A stretch of 24,839 bases of DNA. It comes from a virus (lineage: Duplodnaviria; Caudoviricetes). The notes under the pieces are model-generated. The model did not search any database, had not been told where the DNA came from, and saw only the letters and a list, made by a program, of their open reading frames with translations. A program made the translations under genes and the position numbers. Below, one piece after another: positions 8,122-16,859 of the stretch. Where the stretch lies: positions 1-24,839 of the IMG/VR virus record IMGVR_UViG_3300037422_000670; one strand, written 5' to 3'. How positions within the stretch are numbered: position 1 is the first letter of the stretch; the number at the start of each line of letters is the position of its first letter.

Positions 8122-8583
8122 ATGCCCGCCTGGCTCTCCATCTCCGCGGCCGACATCGAGGATCACCTCGCCGCCCCCCAGCTCGCCGCCCTGCGCGAAG
8201 CTGCCCTCGGCGATTCCCAAACCGACCCCTTCGACGCCGTAGCCGCCGCCGTCTGCGACCGCATCCGCGCCGAGATCCAGGGTTGCAAGACCAACCTCCT
8301 TAGCGCCACGCCGCACACCGTCCCCCCCGAGCTCCGCCACGCCGCCTGCCTCCTCATCCTCGAGGCCCTCCACTCCCGTCTCCCCGGCCTCGAACTCACA
8401 GACGACCAGCGCACACTCATCACAGACGCCCGCGACCTCCTCAAGCGCGTCGCCCGCTGTGAAATCCCCATCTCCACCCCGGCCGATCCTCTCGATCCGC
8501 ACCTCATCCAGCCCGCCGCCACAGCTCCCAGCGTCACCCCCAAAACCCGCCACTTCACCACTGCCACCCAAGACGGCCTCTGA
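8122..8583 (+). CDS. head-tail adaptor (Mu gp36/DUF1320-like)
   Basis: Helical 153 aa; VPPELRHAACLL…DARDLLKRVA; follows capsid. Confidence 0.75.
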   Translation: MPAWLSISAADIEDHLAAPQLAALREAALGDSQTDPFDAVAAAVCDRIRAEIQGCKTNLLSATPHTVPPELRHAACLLILEALHSRLPGLELTDDQRTLITDARDLLKRVARCEIPISTPADPLDPHLIQPAATAPSVTPKTRHFTTATQDGL

Positions 8584-8656
8584 CAATGCGGAGTGCGGAG
8601 CTATGACAATGCGGAGTGCGGAGTGCTGAGTGCAGAACTCCCCACTCCCCACTCCC
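8581..8656 (+). repeat. 20-bp direct repeat TGACAATGCGGAGTGCGGAG x2 plus opposed GGAGTGC and CACTCCC heptamers
   Basis: Copies at 8581-8600 and 8604-8623. Confidence 0.9.
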
Positions 8657-9241
8657 ATGGCCACCATCACCGGCGTCATCAAACTCCCAAACGACGTCCC
8701 CTTCGTCGGTGACATCCTTTTCCGTCCGCTCTCCACACCTCTCGGCGACTCACCGGACATCATCACCACCGCCGACGTCCGCATCGTCACCGACAGCGCA
8801 GGCAACTTCTCCCTCACCCTGCGTGCCGGCAACTACAGCGTCCTCGCCGGCATCTCGCGCCCCTTCAAAATCACCGTCCCAGACACCGCCAGCACCTACG
8901 CCATCCTTTCCCTCATCACCTCCGGCCTCCGCGCCGTCCCTGACTTCGTCGCTCCCAGCGGTGGCGGCGATCTCTTCGCCTCCAACAACCTCGCCGAACT
9001 CACCAACCTCATCACCGCCCGCCGCAACCTCGGCATCGAATTCGCAGACACACTCACCGCCCTGCGCGCCGTCCCCTCCAGCGCGAAAAACAAACTCGCC
9101 ATCCTCCTCGGCCAAGCCGCCCTCGGCGATGGCCTCCAATGGGGCATCTACGCCTGGCTCACATCCTCCGCCCTCGACAACGGCTCATCCATCATCCGGC
9201 CCAACGACTACACAACCTCCCTATGGTCAAAAATCGTATGA
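8657..9241 (+). CDS. fibre/spike anchor protein
   Basis: N-terminal TDSAGNFSLTLRAGNYSV (prophage tail-fibre N-terminus-like), GDLFASNNLAEL…ARRNLG fibre motif, tailspike-N-like TLTALRA…GDG…DNGSSIIRP. Confidence 0.65.
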   Translation: MATITGVIKLPNDVPFVGDILFRPLSTPLGDSPDIITTADVRIVTDSAGNFSLTLRAGNYSVLAGISRPFKITVPDTASTYAILSLITSGLRAVPDFVAPSGGGDLFASNNLAELTNLITARRNLGIEFADTLTALRAVPSSAKNKLAILLGQAALGDGLQWGIYAWLTSSALDNGSSIIRPNDYTTSLWSKIV

Positions 9242-11973
9242 TCCGCCCGATCCACCAGATCCGCCTCCTCCTTGCCATCTTTGCCATCTGCCATCTGCCA
9301 TCTGCCATCTGCCATCTGCCCGCCCAGCGCTTCCTCCGCACCTATCCCACCATCGAGGCCCTCCTCGCTGCCAACCCCAGCGACATCCACTCCAACGCCT
9401 TCGTCTCAGACCCCATCCGCGGCGGCTTCTTCGAAGCCACCACCAACCTCGCCACCACCAACCTCTTCAAACGCTATCGCTCCACCAACGGCGTCGCTGA
9501 ATGGCTACGAAGGCATCACAACTCAGACATCTACCTGCGCTGGTCCGGCCACATCCCCACCACCAACCACGTCATCCAGGCCGCCCTCGATCTCCATGCC
9601 GACACCGGCGTCGGCACCGTCTATCTGCCCTCCGGCAACAACATCCTCGACGGCACCACCCCAATCGTCCTCAAAGACAACAACACCCTCTGGGCCGAAG
9701 ACAACTGCCAGCTCACAGTCGCTCCAAGCCCAGCCACAAACGTCATCGTCTTCGACATCACCTCCAAAACCAACATCCGCGCCGGCGGCTTCCTCGTCCA
9801 CGGCTGGGGCCAGCCGCCAGCAGCCAACACCAACAACGTCGAATACGCGTTCTCGGTCGCCAACTCCAAAGACATCTACCTCTACGGCGTCATCTTCACC
9901 AACCTCTACTCCCGCCCCGTCTTCAACTCCGGCGGCAACTCCAACCTCCTCTACTCCGCCGGCTACTACAGCCCAAACACACGCGCCTTCCCAACCATCC
10001 AGGCCATGATCGACTCCGACCCCACAGAACTCCACGACACCTGCTACGTCGTCGATTATTCCACCCCCCTCGACCGCGGCGGCGGCCATTTCCGTTACTA
10101 CGCAGGCTCCACACTCCCAACCAACGCCGGCTACATCTTCGCCCCGCGCTCACCTTACTCCGGCCGCTACGTCCGCCTCCACAACTCCATCTGGGTCACA
10201 CCAGAGCAATTCGGCGCCTACGCCGCCTACTCCACAAACGTCCAGCCACAGCTCCAGGCCGCCGCGGACTACGCCGCCGCCAACAACCTCTCCCTCTACT
10301 TCGCACCCGGCCAAACCTACAAAATCAACTCCACCGTCACCATCCGCTGCAACCTCCTCGCCGCCGGCTCCTTCATCACCACCACCAACCTCGAACCCTT
10401 CATCTTCCTCAAGGTCGGCTACGAAGACGGCAACGTCCTGTCCAACAAAGTCATCGCCCTGCCCACACTCAGCGGCCTCGCCCTTTGGACCACCAACGCC
10501 ACCTACAATACCAACGACGCCGGCATCAAAGTCTCAGCCACACAAAACTGCATCTTCACCGGCGGCCAATCCAAATACTTCACCTACGGCCTCTGGCTCG
10601 AATCCGCCGGCAACCGCGGCATCACAGAAAACTCCTTCTCAGACCTCAACCTATACCACAACAAAATCGGCGTCCTCTTCGAGCCCATCGGCACCGGCTG
10701 GGTCAACGAAAACACCTTCATCCGCTGCTCCATCTCCCACGCCTCCGGCCTCCCCTGGTACGCCCCAAACATGCGCTTCATCGAAATGCGCGATTCCGCC
10801 GTCGGCAACGACGTCAACAACAACAACTTCATCGCCTGCATGCTCGAAGGCTCCCCGGAATACCACGTCCTCTCCTGGGGCATCGACAACCTCATCGACC
10901 ACGCACGCTGGGAAACCTTCGACGAAATCCTCTACCCAGCCCGCGTCCACTACCAAACCAACGCCGTCCAAAACCTCATCCGCGGCGGCTACGCCTCAGA
11001 TTTCATCCTCATCTCAGAAGCCGGCTCCGGCAACCACGGCAACGACCTCCACTCCATCAAAGAAGAAATCGACGACATGTCAGGCTCCGGCTCCCGCTCC
11101 TCCCACGTCTGGCGCAACCGCATCTCCAACTCCGCCCCAGTCCTCACCGTCCACGAAACCACACCCGACATCTACAACCGCACCTACGTCCAAACCAACT
11201 GGAACTTCAGCCTCTCAGCCCAAGATCTCAGAACCAAAAACGACACCGACTCCGGCCATCGCTTCCGCATCGACCACGCCAGCGGCGACCTCTACTGGGC
11301 CAACGGCGCCGGCACAGAAGACATCCGCCTCTACCGTTCCGCCGCCGATTCCATGCAATCCCCGGACCTCTGGCGCTTCGACGGCGGCATCGGCACCGGC
11401 GCCACACCCACCTCCACACTCAACTGGTACCTCCAAGTCAACCAAAACGCCGCCACCTCACTCTACATCCGCAACACAGACACCGGCTCATCCGCCAAAT
11501 CCCGCGTCCTCCTCGACACCGCCTCAAACCAATTCGAACTCAACGTCTATAACTCAGCCGGCCTCTTCCCAAACCGCGCCACGCTCCTCGGCGGCTCCGG
11601 CGGCACACTCACCGGCATGACCCTCTACGTCGCCTCCGGCGACGACATTGACTTCTACCCCGGCGCCACCCGCGCCGTCGCCTTCTCCTCGGCTGGCCAG
11701 CTCCAGATCCTGCGCGCCGGCCAGACCCTCGCCATCAAAGAAGGCTCAAACTCCTGCATGGGCACAGCCGTCCTCGTCGCCGGCACCGTCACCGTCTCCA
11801 CCACCGCCGTCACCGCCTCCTCCCGCATCTTCACCACCATCCAAACAGCCGGCGGCACCGTGGGCGTCCACTACATCAGCGCCCGCTCCGCCGGCACCTC
11901 CTTCACCGTCACCTCATCCAGCGCCTCAGACACCTCCACCATCGCCTGGCACCTCTTCGAACCCGCCCCATGA
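9238..11973 (+). CDS. tailspike-like right-handed beta-helix protein with predicted signal peptide (911 aa)
   Basis: True start ATG 9238 (ATGA overlap); IQAALD…VYLPSG and VTPEQFGA…LQAAAD…LYFAPG beta-helix caps; C-terminal GTAVLVAGTVTVSTTAVTASSRIF domain typical of phage fibres. Confidence 0.8.
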   Translation: MIRPIHQIRLLLAIFAICHLPSAICHLPAQRFLRTYPTIEALLAANPSDIHSNAFVSDPIRGGFFEATTNLATTNLFKRYRSTNGVAEWLRRHHNSDIYLRWSGHIPTTNHVIQAALDLHADTGVGTVYLPSGNNILDGTTPIVLKDNNTLWAEDNCQLTVAPSPATNVIVFDITSKTNIRAGGFLVHGWGQPPAANTNNVEYAFSVANSKDIYLYGVIFTNLYSRPVFNSGGNSNLLYSAGYYSPNTRAFPTIQAMIDSDPTELHDTCYVVDYSTPLDRGGGHFRYYAGSTLPTNAGYIFAPRSPYSGRYVRLHNSIWVTPEQFGAYAAYSTNVQPQLQAAADYAAANNLSLYFAPGQTYKINSTVTIRCNLLAAGSFITTTNLEPFIFLKVGYEDGNVLSNKVIALPTLSGLALWTTNATYNTNDAGIKVSATQNCIFTGGQSKYFTYGLWLESAGNRGITENSFSDLNLYHNKIGVLFEPIGTGWVNENTFIRCSISHASGLPWYAPNMRFIEMRDSAVGNDVNNNNFIACMLEGSPEYHVLSWGIDNLIDHARWETFDEILYPARVHYQTNAVQNLIRGGYASDFILISEAGSGNHGNDLHSIKEEIDDMSGSGSRSSHVWRNRISNSAPVLTVHETTPDIYNRTYVQTNWNFSLSAQDLRTKNDTDSGHRFRIDHASGDLYWANGAGTEDIRLYRSAADSMQSPDLWRFDGGIGTGATPTSTLNWYLQVNQNAATSLYIRNTDTGSSAKSRVLLDTASNQFELNVYNSAGLFPNRATLLGGSGGTLTGMTLYVASGDDIDFYPGATRAVAFSSAGQLQILRAGQTLAIKEGSNSCMGTAVLVAGTVTVSTTAVTASSRIFTTIQTAGGTVGVHYISARSAGTSFTVTSSSASDTSTIAWHLFEPAP
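9273..9320 (+). repeat. TGCCATC array (5 perfect units, 9282-9316) in signal peptide; sister array at 12020-12056
   Basis: Read directly; 36 bp identical between the two genes. Confidence 0.95.
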
Positions 11974-14858
11974 CTATGATCCGTCCCATCCTTCCCACCC
12001 GCCAGATCGGCCAGATCGCTGCCATCTTTGCCATCTGCCATCTGCCATCTGCCATTTCCCCTCTGCACGCCCAATCCATCCCAGTCGCGCCGCGCCGCAT
12101 CTGGGAAACCCCCGCCCCCCAAATCTCCGTCCTCACAGCCACACAAACCGTCGGCTACCCAGTCGCCCACATCCTCGCCCCGTCCTTCACCGTCTCCGGC
12201 GTCACCAACCCCAGCGGCTACACATTCTACACCCGCCTTCTGCCAGCCCTCTCCAGCGCCGCCCAAAACATCTCCGTCATCTCCGGCACCACCATCGCTC
12301 CCACCATCAACCTCCTCACCCCAGGCACCAACCTCATCGCCTTCGAAGTGCGCAACGGCTCCTACGTCTCATCCAACACCTTCACCATCGTCTCCATCCC
12401 CACCCTCGCGCCCACCGTCGCCTTCGCCTCTCCGGACAACGGCGCCGTCTTCCTCGCCCCTCAAAACATCCTCCTCGAAGCCAGCCCCACAGACGCCGAT
12501 GGCTCCATCGCCGCCGTCACCTTCTACACCAACGACGTACCCATCGTCACAGTCACAGCCGCCCCCTGGCGCCACACCCTCTCCAACCTCCTCTCCGGCG
12601 CCTACACCATCCTCGCCGTCGCCAAAGACAACCTCGGCGTCACCAACACCGCCCCAGCAGCCATCTCCATCACCCTCACCAACACACCCTCCAACATCCC
12701 CCCACTCGCCACCCTCGACGCACCCCTCAACAACGCCTCCTACAACACCCCTCACAACCTCGTCCTCACCGCCTCAGCCTCAGACGCCGACGGCTCCATC
12801 ACTTCGGTAAAACTCCAAACCAACGAAGTCACCTTCCTCGACGACACCGCCGCCCCCTACACCGCCACCGTCTCCTCCATCCCAGCAGGCCAATACCGCA
12901 TCCGAGCCATCGCTACAGACAACGGCGGCCTCCTCACCACCTCCACCGTCGCCACGGTCAACATCATTACCCCAGCCGGCAACTCACCCCCAACCGTCTC
13001 CATCACCGCACCTGCCCACTCCCAATCCTTCGGCTTCGCCCCAAACATCGCCATCACCGCCAGCGCTTCAGACAGCGACGGCACCATCTCCCAAGTCGTT
13101 TTCAAAGACAATGCAACCGTCCTGAATACCGACACCACAGCCCCCTACGCCTACACACTCTCCGCCGCCGCCGCCGGCCCCCACTCCTTCTCCGCTGAAG
13201 CCACAGACAACTCCGGCGCCGTCACCGTCTCCGCCTCCATACCCGTCACCGTCGCTCCCGCCCCCACCGCCACCATCACCAGCCCCACCAACTCCCAGAC
13301 CTTCAACACCAACGTCAACATCGCCATCACAGCCACCGCCTCTGGCGCCACCACCAACGTCGCCTTCTACGCCACCGTCGCCCCCTACGGCACCGTCCTC
13401 ATCGGCAACGACCCCTCCAGCCCATACTCCATCGTCACCAACACACCGCCCATCGGCGCCTACTCCGTCTTCGCTCGCGCCACAGACAACTTCGGCATCA
13501 GCGCAGATTCGCCCGCCGTCTCCTTCACCGTCGCCTACCCGCCCGTCACCGGCGGCACCAACTACTACGTCGCCACCACAGGCTCAGATGCCAACCCAGG
13601 CACACTCTCCCAGCCCTTCCTCACCATCGGCAAAGCCGTCTCACTCCTCGGCCCTAACATCACCGCCATCGTCCGCGCCGGCACCTACGATTGGAACAAC
13701 AACGGCGCCATCCCAGGCGGCACATCCTGGGCCGCTCCAGTCGGCCTCGTCGCTTACCCTGGCGAGCGCCCCATCCTCAGACCCACATCCTCACCCTCAG
13801 GCCGCGTCCTCCACTTCGGCAACGGCACACTCTCAGGCTCCGCACAGAAATTCATCGTCATCGACGGCTTCGTCATCGACGGCATCCACCTCATCTCCTA
13901 CCCAGGCGGCGACACCGTCAAAATCACCGATAGCGCCTCCAACATCGAAATCCGCAACTGCGAAATCAAAAACGCCGCCAACCAGGGCATCCTCGTCATC
14001 ACTGACGGCACACCCACCGGCCAGTGCGTCTTCCGCAACCTCGACATCCACCACATCGGCCAGCACTACCTCAACGCACCCGCCGAACAGCAAAAACTCG
14101 AGCACGGCATCTACCTTGCCGGATCCTCCAACCTCGTCGAAAACTGCCACCTCCACGACCTCATGGGCCACGGCGTTCACATCTACGCCAACCAGCCCTA
14201 CAACAACTACAACACCGTCAAAAACTCCTTCTTCTACAACTGCGCCACAGCCGGCGGCGCCGATACCCTCGGCGCCTACAACGGCACAGGCCACCAACTA
14301 CTCAACAACATCATCTGGCAATCCGGCGGCTCAGCCATCCGCATCCAATACAACGCCTACAACGTCATCGTCGCCCACAACACCATATGGAAATCCTACT
14401 CCCACGGCATCTACTACCCCAACGACGGCGGCGACGCCTCCTCAGGGCTCCAACTCGTCAACAACCTCGTCTCAGACTGCCTCGGCTACGGCATCTGGCT
14501 CAAATCCACCCACGGCACCGCCTTCCTCACCAATAACCTCGCCTGGAACAACGCCATCACCATCACCGACTCCGACTCCCGCAAAAACTTCCGCGACGAC
14601 TCCGTCTCCGCCACCACACTCGCCAGCAACATCGGCTTCGGCCTCGTCCCACCCTACGCCTCCTCCGCCGACCCCAAATTCATCGCCCCGCTCAGCGCCA
14701 ACCTCCGCCTCCAATCCGGTTCCGCCGCCGAGGACACCGGCTTCACCCTCCCCCTCCTCCCTGCCGACTACGCCGGCCCCATCCCCACCAACACCGCCAC
14801 ACTCACCATCCCCAAAACCCGCGCCACGCCGCCAGAAATCGGCGCCTACGAAAGATAA
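11970..14858 (+). CDS. secreted-type protein: 4 Ig-like (Big) domains, DUF1565-type beta-helix, choice-of-anchor-Q-like end
   Basis: Repeats P.TV…P…I..TASASD.DG.I..V.F; YYVATTGSDANPGTLSQPFLTI; DPKF…LRLQSGS…EIGAYE; signal peptide ending LHA-Q; start 11970 or 11976. Confidence 0.85.
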   Translation: MTMIRPILPTRQIGQIAAIFAICHLPSAISPLHAQSIPVAPRRIWETPAPQISVLTATQTVGYPVAHILAPSFTVSGVTNPSGYTFYTRLLPALSSAAQNISVISGTTIAPTINLLTPGTNLIAFEVRNGSYVSSNTFTIVSIPTLAPTVAFASPDNGAVFLAPQNILLEASPTDADGSIAAVTFYTNDVPIVTVTAAPWRHTLSNLLSGAYTILAVAKDNLGVTNTAPAAISITLTNTPSNIPPLATLDAPLNNASYNTPHNLVLTASASDADGSITSVKLQTNEVTFLDDTAAPYTATVSSIPAGQYRIRAIATDNGGLLTTSTVATVNIITPAGNSPPTVSITAPAHSQSFGFAPNIAITASASDSDGTISQVVFKDNATVLNTDTTAPYAYTLSAAAAGPHSFSAEATDNSGAVTVSASIPVTVAPAPTATITSPTNSQTFNTNVNIAITATASGATTNVAFYATVAPYGTVLIGNDPSSPYSIVTNTPPIGAYSVFARATDNFGISADSPAVSFTVAYPPVTGGTNYYVATTGSDANPGTLSQPFLTIGKAVSLLGPNITAIVRAGTYDWNNNGAIPGGTSWAAPVGLVAYPGERPILRPTSSPSGRVLHFGNGTLSGSAQKFIVIDGFVIDGIHLISYPGGDTVKITDSASNIEIRNCEIKNAANQGILVITDGTPTGQCVFRNLDIHHIGQHYLNAPAEQQKLEHGIYLAGSSNLVENCHLHDLMGHGVHIYANQPYNNYNTVKNSFFYNCATAGGADTLGAYNGTGHQLLNNIIWQSGGSAIRIQYNAYNVIVAHNTIWKSYSHGIYYPNDGGDASSGLQLVNNLVSDCLGYGIWLKSTHGTAFLTNNLAWNNAITITDSDSRKNFRDDSVSATTLASNIGFGLVPPYASSADPKFIAPLSANLRLQSGSAAEDTGFTLPLLPADYAGPIPTNTATLTIPKTRATPPEIGAYER

Positions 14859-14865
14859 CACATCC

Positions 14866-16302
14866 ATGCCTCCCTTCCGCGAAGCCCTGGAATCCAGCTC
14901 CCTCCGCTCCCTCCTCCCCACAGACCTTTCCTCCGCCCAGCTCTCCACCATCGCCCCTGAGATCCTCGAACGCGCCTTCTTCTCCGCCCGCGTCATCAAC
15001 ACCCACTTCCTCCAGCTCGCCCACGATCGCATCTCCGCCCTCGCCCGCGGCCTCTCCCCTGGCCCTGGTCAGTACACCTCCGTCCCCAGCGCCCGCGCCG
15101 ACCTGAAAGAACTCCTCGATTCCATCAACTACACCCCCGCCGATCCCGCCGACGCCGGCACCATCAAAGACCTCCGCACAGACAACCGCCTCAACCTCAT
15201 CCTCGACACCAACACACGCATGGCCCGCGGCTACGGCCAGCACATCCAGGGCCAAGACCCGGACATCCTCGACTCCTGGCCCGCCCAGGAACTCATCCGC
15301 ATCCACGACCGCAAAGAACCACGCGACTGGCTGGTGCTCTGGCAAGCAGAAGGCGGCCAACTCTACGGCGGCGGAAGAATGATCGCCCGCAAAGACGATC
15401 CCATCTGGGAAAATATCTCCGCGTTCGGCCTGCCCTATCCGCCCTTCGACTTCAACTCCGGCATGGGCCTGGCCGACATCGACCGCATCGAAGCCGAAAC
15501 CCTGGGCGTCCTCACACCCGAGGACAAAATCACACCCAAACCTCGCGGGTTTAACACCGACCTCCAAATCTCCATGCCCGCCCGCGACGCCCAACTGCGC
15601 GCCGCACTCATGCAAGACATCGGCGACCTCGCCGCACTTGACGGCGACACCCTCAAATGGCAGAATAACGACCGTGGCCTTCCTCCACGCTACAGTCCAA
15701 TTCAGCCGCGACCCAGTGACCGGACGCCGTACAGAGAAGATCCTGACCCCGGCGGAAGTGGCCGAACTGGACAGGCAATTCGAGAGAGACTTCGATCCAC
15801 TGACCTGCGAGCCGCGCTGGATGATTCGGCTCAGAGAATCCTCGAAGCAGAAATCCTCAGCGTCGCCTCCGGCAGAAAACCCCTCTACCACGACGCCTGG
15901 GGATCCGAACTCAGCGCCTCCATCTCCGCCGCCCTCCAGCCCGCTCTGCCCCACGGCGTCGAAGTCAGACGCATAGGCGATCAACTCGTCGTCTACCGCC
16001 GCCGCGACCTTCAAAACCTCTTCGACTCCGACCCCGCCTTCTACCGTCCCGGCGGCGAGACCTTCCAAGCCGCCCTCGAGCGCGTCATCCGTTCCGGCCA
16101 ATACGGCGAACTCCTGGGCTACGCCGCCCGCGCCACCACCGAGCCCGGCGCCGTGCGCGTCACCATCAGCGACCCTCAAGGCCAAAAGGTCAAATCCTTC
16201 TTCTCCCGCCCCGGCCTTGCCCACGCCATAGGCGAGGCCCAAGCCGAAGACATCCGCCGCATCACCGGCCAGCAATACCAAGTGACCATCAAAGCCCCAT
16301 GA
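14866..16302 (+). CDS. MuF-like minor head protein with C-terminal cargo domain (478 aa)
   Basis: RAFFSARV, RLNLILDTNTRMARGYG, PAQELIR, YPPFDFNSGM; C-terminal extension; ATG 14866 (the 13588 ORF start is a shadow extension). Confidence 0.85.
   Translation: MPPFREALESSSLRSLLPTDLSSAQLSTIAPEILERAFFSARVINTHFLQLAHDRISALARGLSPGPGQYTSVPSARADLKELLDSINYTPADPADAGTIKDLRTDNRLNLILDTNTRMARGYGQHIQGQDPDILDSWPAQELIRIHDRKEPRDWLVLWQAEGGQLYGGGRMIARKDDPIWENISAFGLPYPPFDFNSGMGLADIDRIEAETLGVLTPEDKITPKPRGFNTDLQISMPARDAQLRAALMQDIGDLAALDGDTLKWQNNDRGLPPRYSPIQPRPSDRTPYREDPDPGGSGRTGQAIRERLRSTDLRAALDDSAQRILEAEILSVASGRKPLYHDAWGSELSASISAALQPALPHGVEVRRIGDQLVVYRRRDLQNLFDSDPAFYRPGGETFQAALERVIRSGQYGELLGYAARATTEPGAVRVTISDPQGQKVKSFFSRPGLAHAIGEAQAEDIRRITGQQYQVTIKAP
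15638..15666 (+). promoter_or_regulatory. sigma70-like promoter embedded in MuF gene
   Basis: TTGACG (15638-15643), 17-bp spacer, extended TG, CAGAAT (15661-15666); GTG follows after 7 nt. Confidence 0.65.
15674..15976 (+). CDS. nested +1-frame leaderless gene (100 aa), candidate immunity/antitoxin
   Basis: MAFLHATVQFSRDPVTGRRTEKILTPAEVAELDRQFERDFDPLTCEPRWMIRLRE…; third-position G/C bias sits in this frame over 15674-15835 while the MuF frame reads as a low-complexity linker. Confidence 0.6.
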   Translation: MAFLHATVQFSRDPVTGRRTEKILTPAEVAELDRQFERDFDPLTCEPRWMIRLRESSKQKSSASPPAENPSTTTPGDPNSAPPSPPPSSPLCPTASKSDA

Positions 16303-16859
16303 GCGTCACCGTCAACTTCACCGACCGCGCCACCCCGGAATTGCGCGCCCTGGCCGCCCGCCTCACTGGCAGAGCCCCAATGGCACAAGTTGCCGCCGCC
16401 GTCACCCAACTCATCAAACGCCATCTCATCGCCAAAAACAAACAACCCAACGAAATGGGCTTCCCCAAGACCGGCTTCTACGGCCAAGCCGCCGAAGCCG
16501 CCCGTTGGCATGCGGACACCTCCTCCGCCACCGTCACCATCTCCCACGAAGGCTTCGCCCAGCGCTACTTCGGCGGCACCATCCGGCCCGTCAAAAAAAA
16601 AGCTCTCGCCATCCCAGTCCATCCAGAAGCCTACGGCCGCCTCGCCCGTGAAATCAAAAACCTCGTCTATGCACCACTCGAGCGGCCAACCAACATCTTC
16701 GCCTACCTCTTCCGCCCCCGTGAAAATTCCAAATTCGGCGAAGTCTATTACCTCCTAGCGAAATCCGTCCGCCAAAAACCAGACAAAACCGTAATGCCCA
16801 AAGAAACCGCCATCCAAGACGCAATCCACCGCGCCCTCCAACTCGCCGCCCGCAAATGA
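16299..16859 (+). CDS. virion morphogenesis protein (Mu gpG-like)
   Basis: Basic 186 aa; FGGTIRPVKKKALAIP motif; follows MuF with ATGA overlap. Confidence 0.7.
   Translation: MSVTVNFTDRATPELRALAARLTGRAPMAQVAAAVTQLIKRHLIAKNKQPNEMGFPKTGFYGQAAEAARWHADTSSATVTISHEGFAQRYFGGTIRPVKKKALAIPVHPEAYGRLAREIKNLVYAPLERPTNIFAYLFRPRENSKFGEVYYLLAKSVRQKPDKTVMPKETAIQDAIHRALQLAARK

Noticed and set aside
3129-8656. Repeat arrays as CRISPR
   Set aside because: Contiguous 7-9-bp units with no unique spacers and no cas genes
9238-14858. Apparent Thr-Asn dipeptide enrichment in the two exported proteins
   Set aside because: Hand counts (about 15 and 13) are not clearly above expectation for such Thr/Asn-rich proteins
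13588-14865. N-terminal extension of the 904-aa ORF
   Set aside because: Ser/Thr/Pro shadow of the 962-aa gene; MuF starts at ATG 14866
16593-16601. A9 run as slippery site
   Set aside because: Encodes KKK within a normal IRPxKKKALAIP motif and the frame is intact
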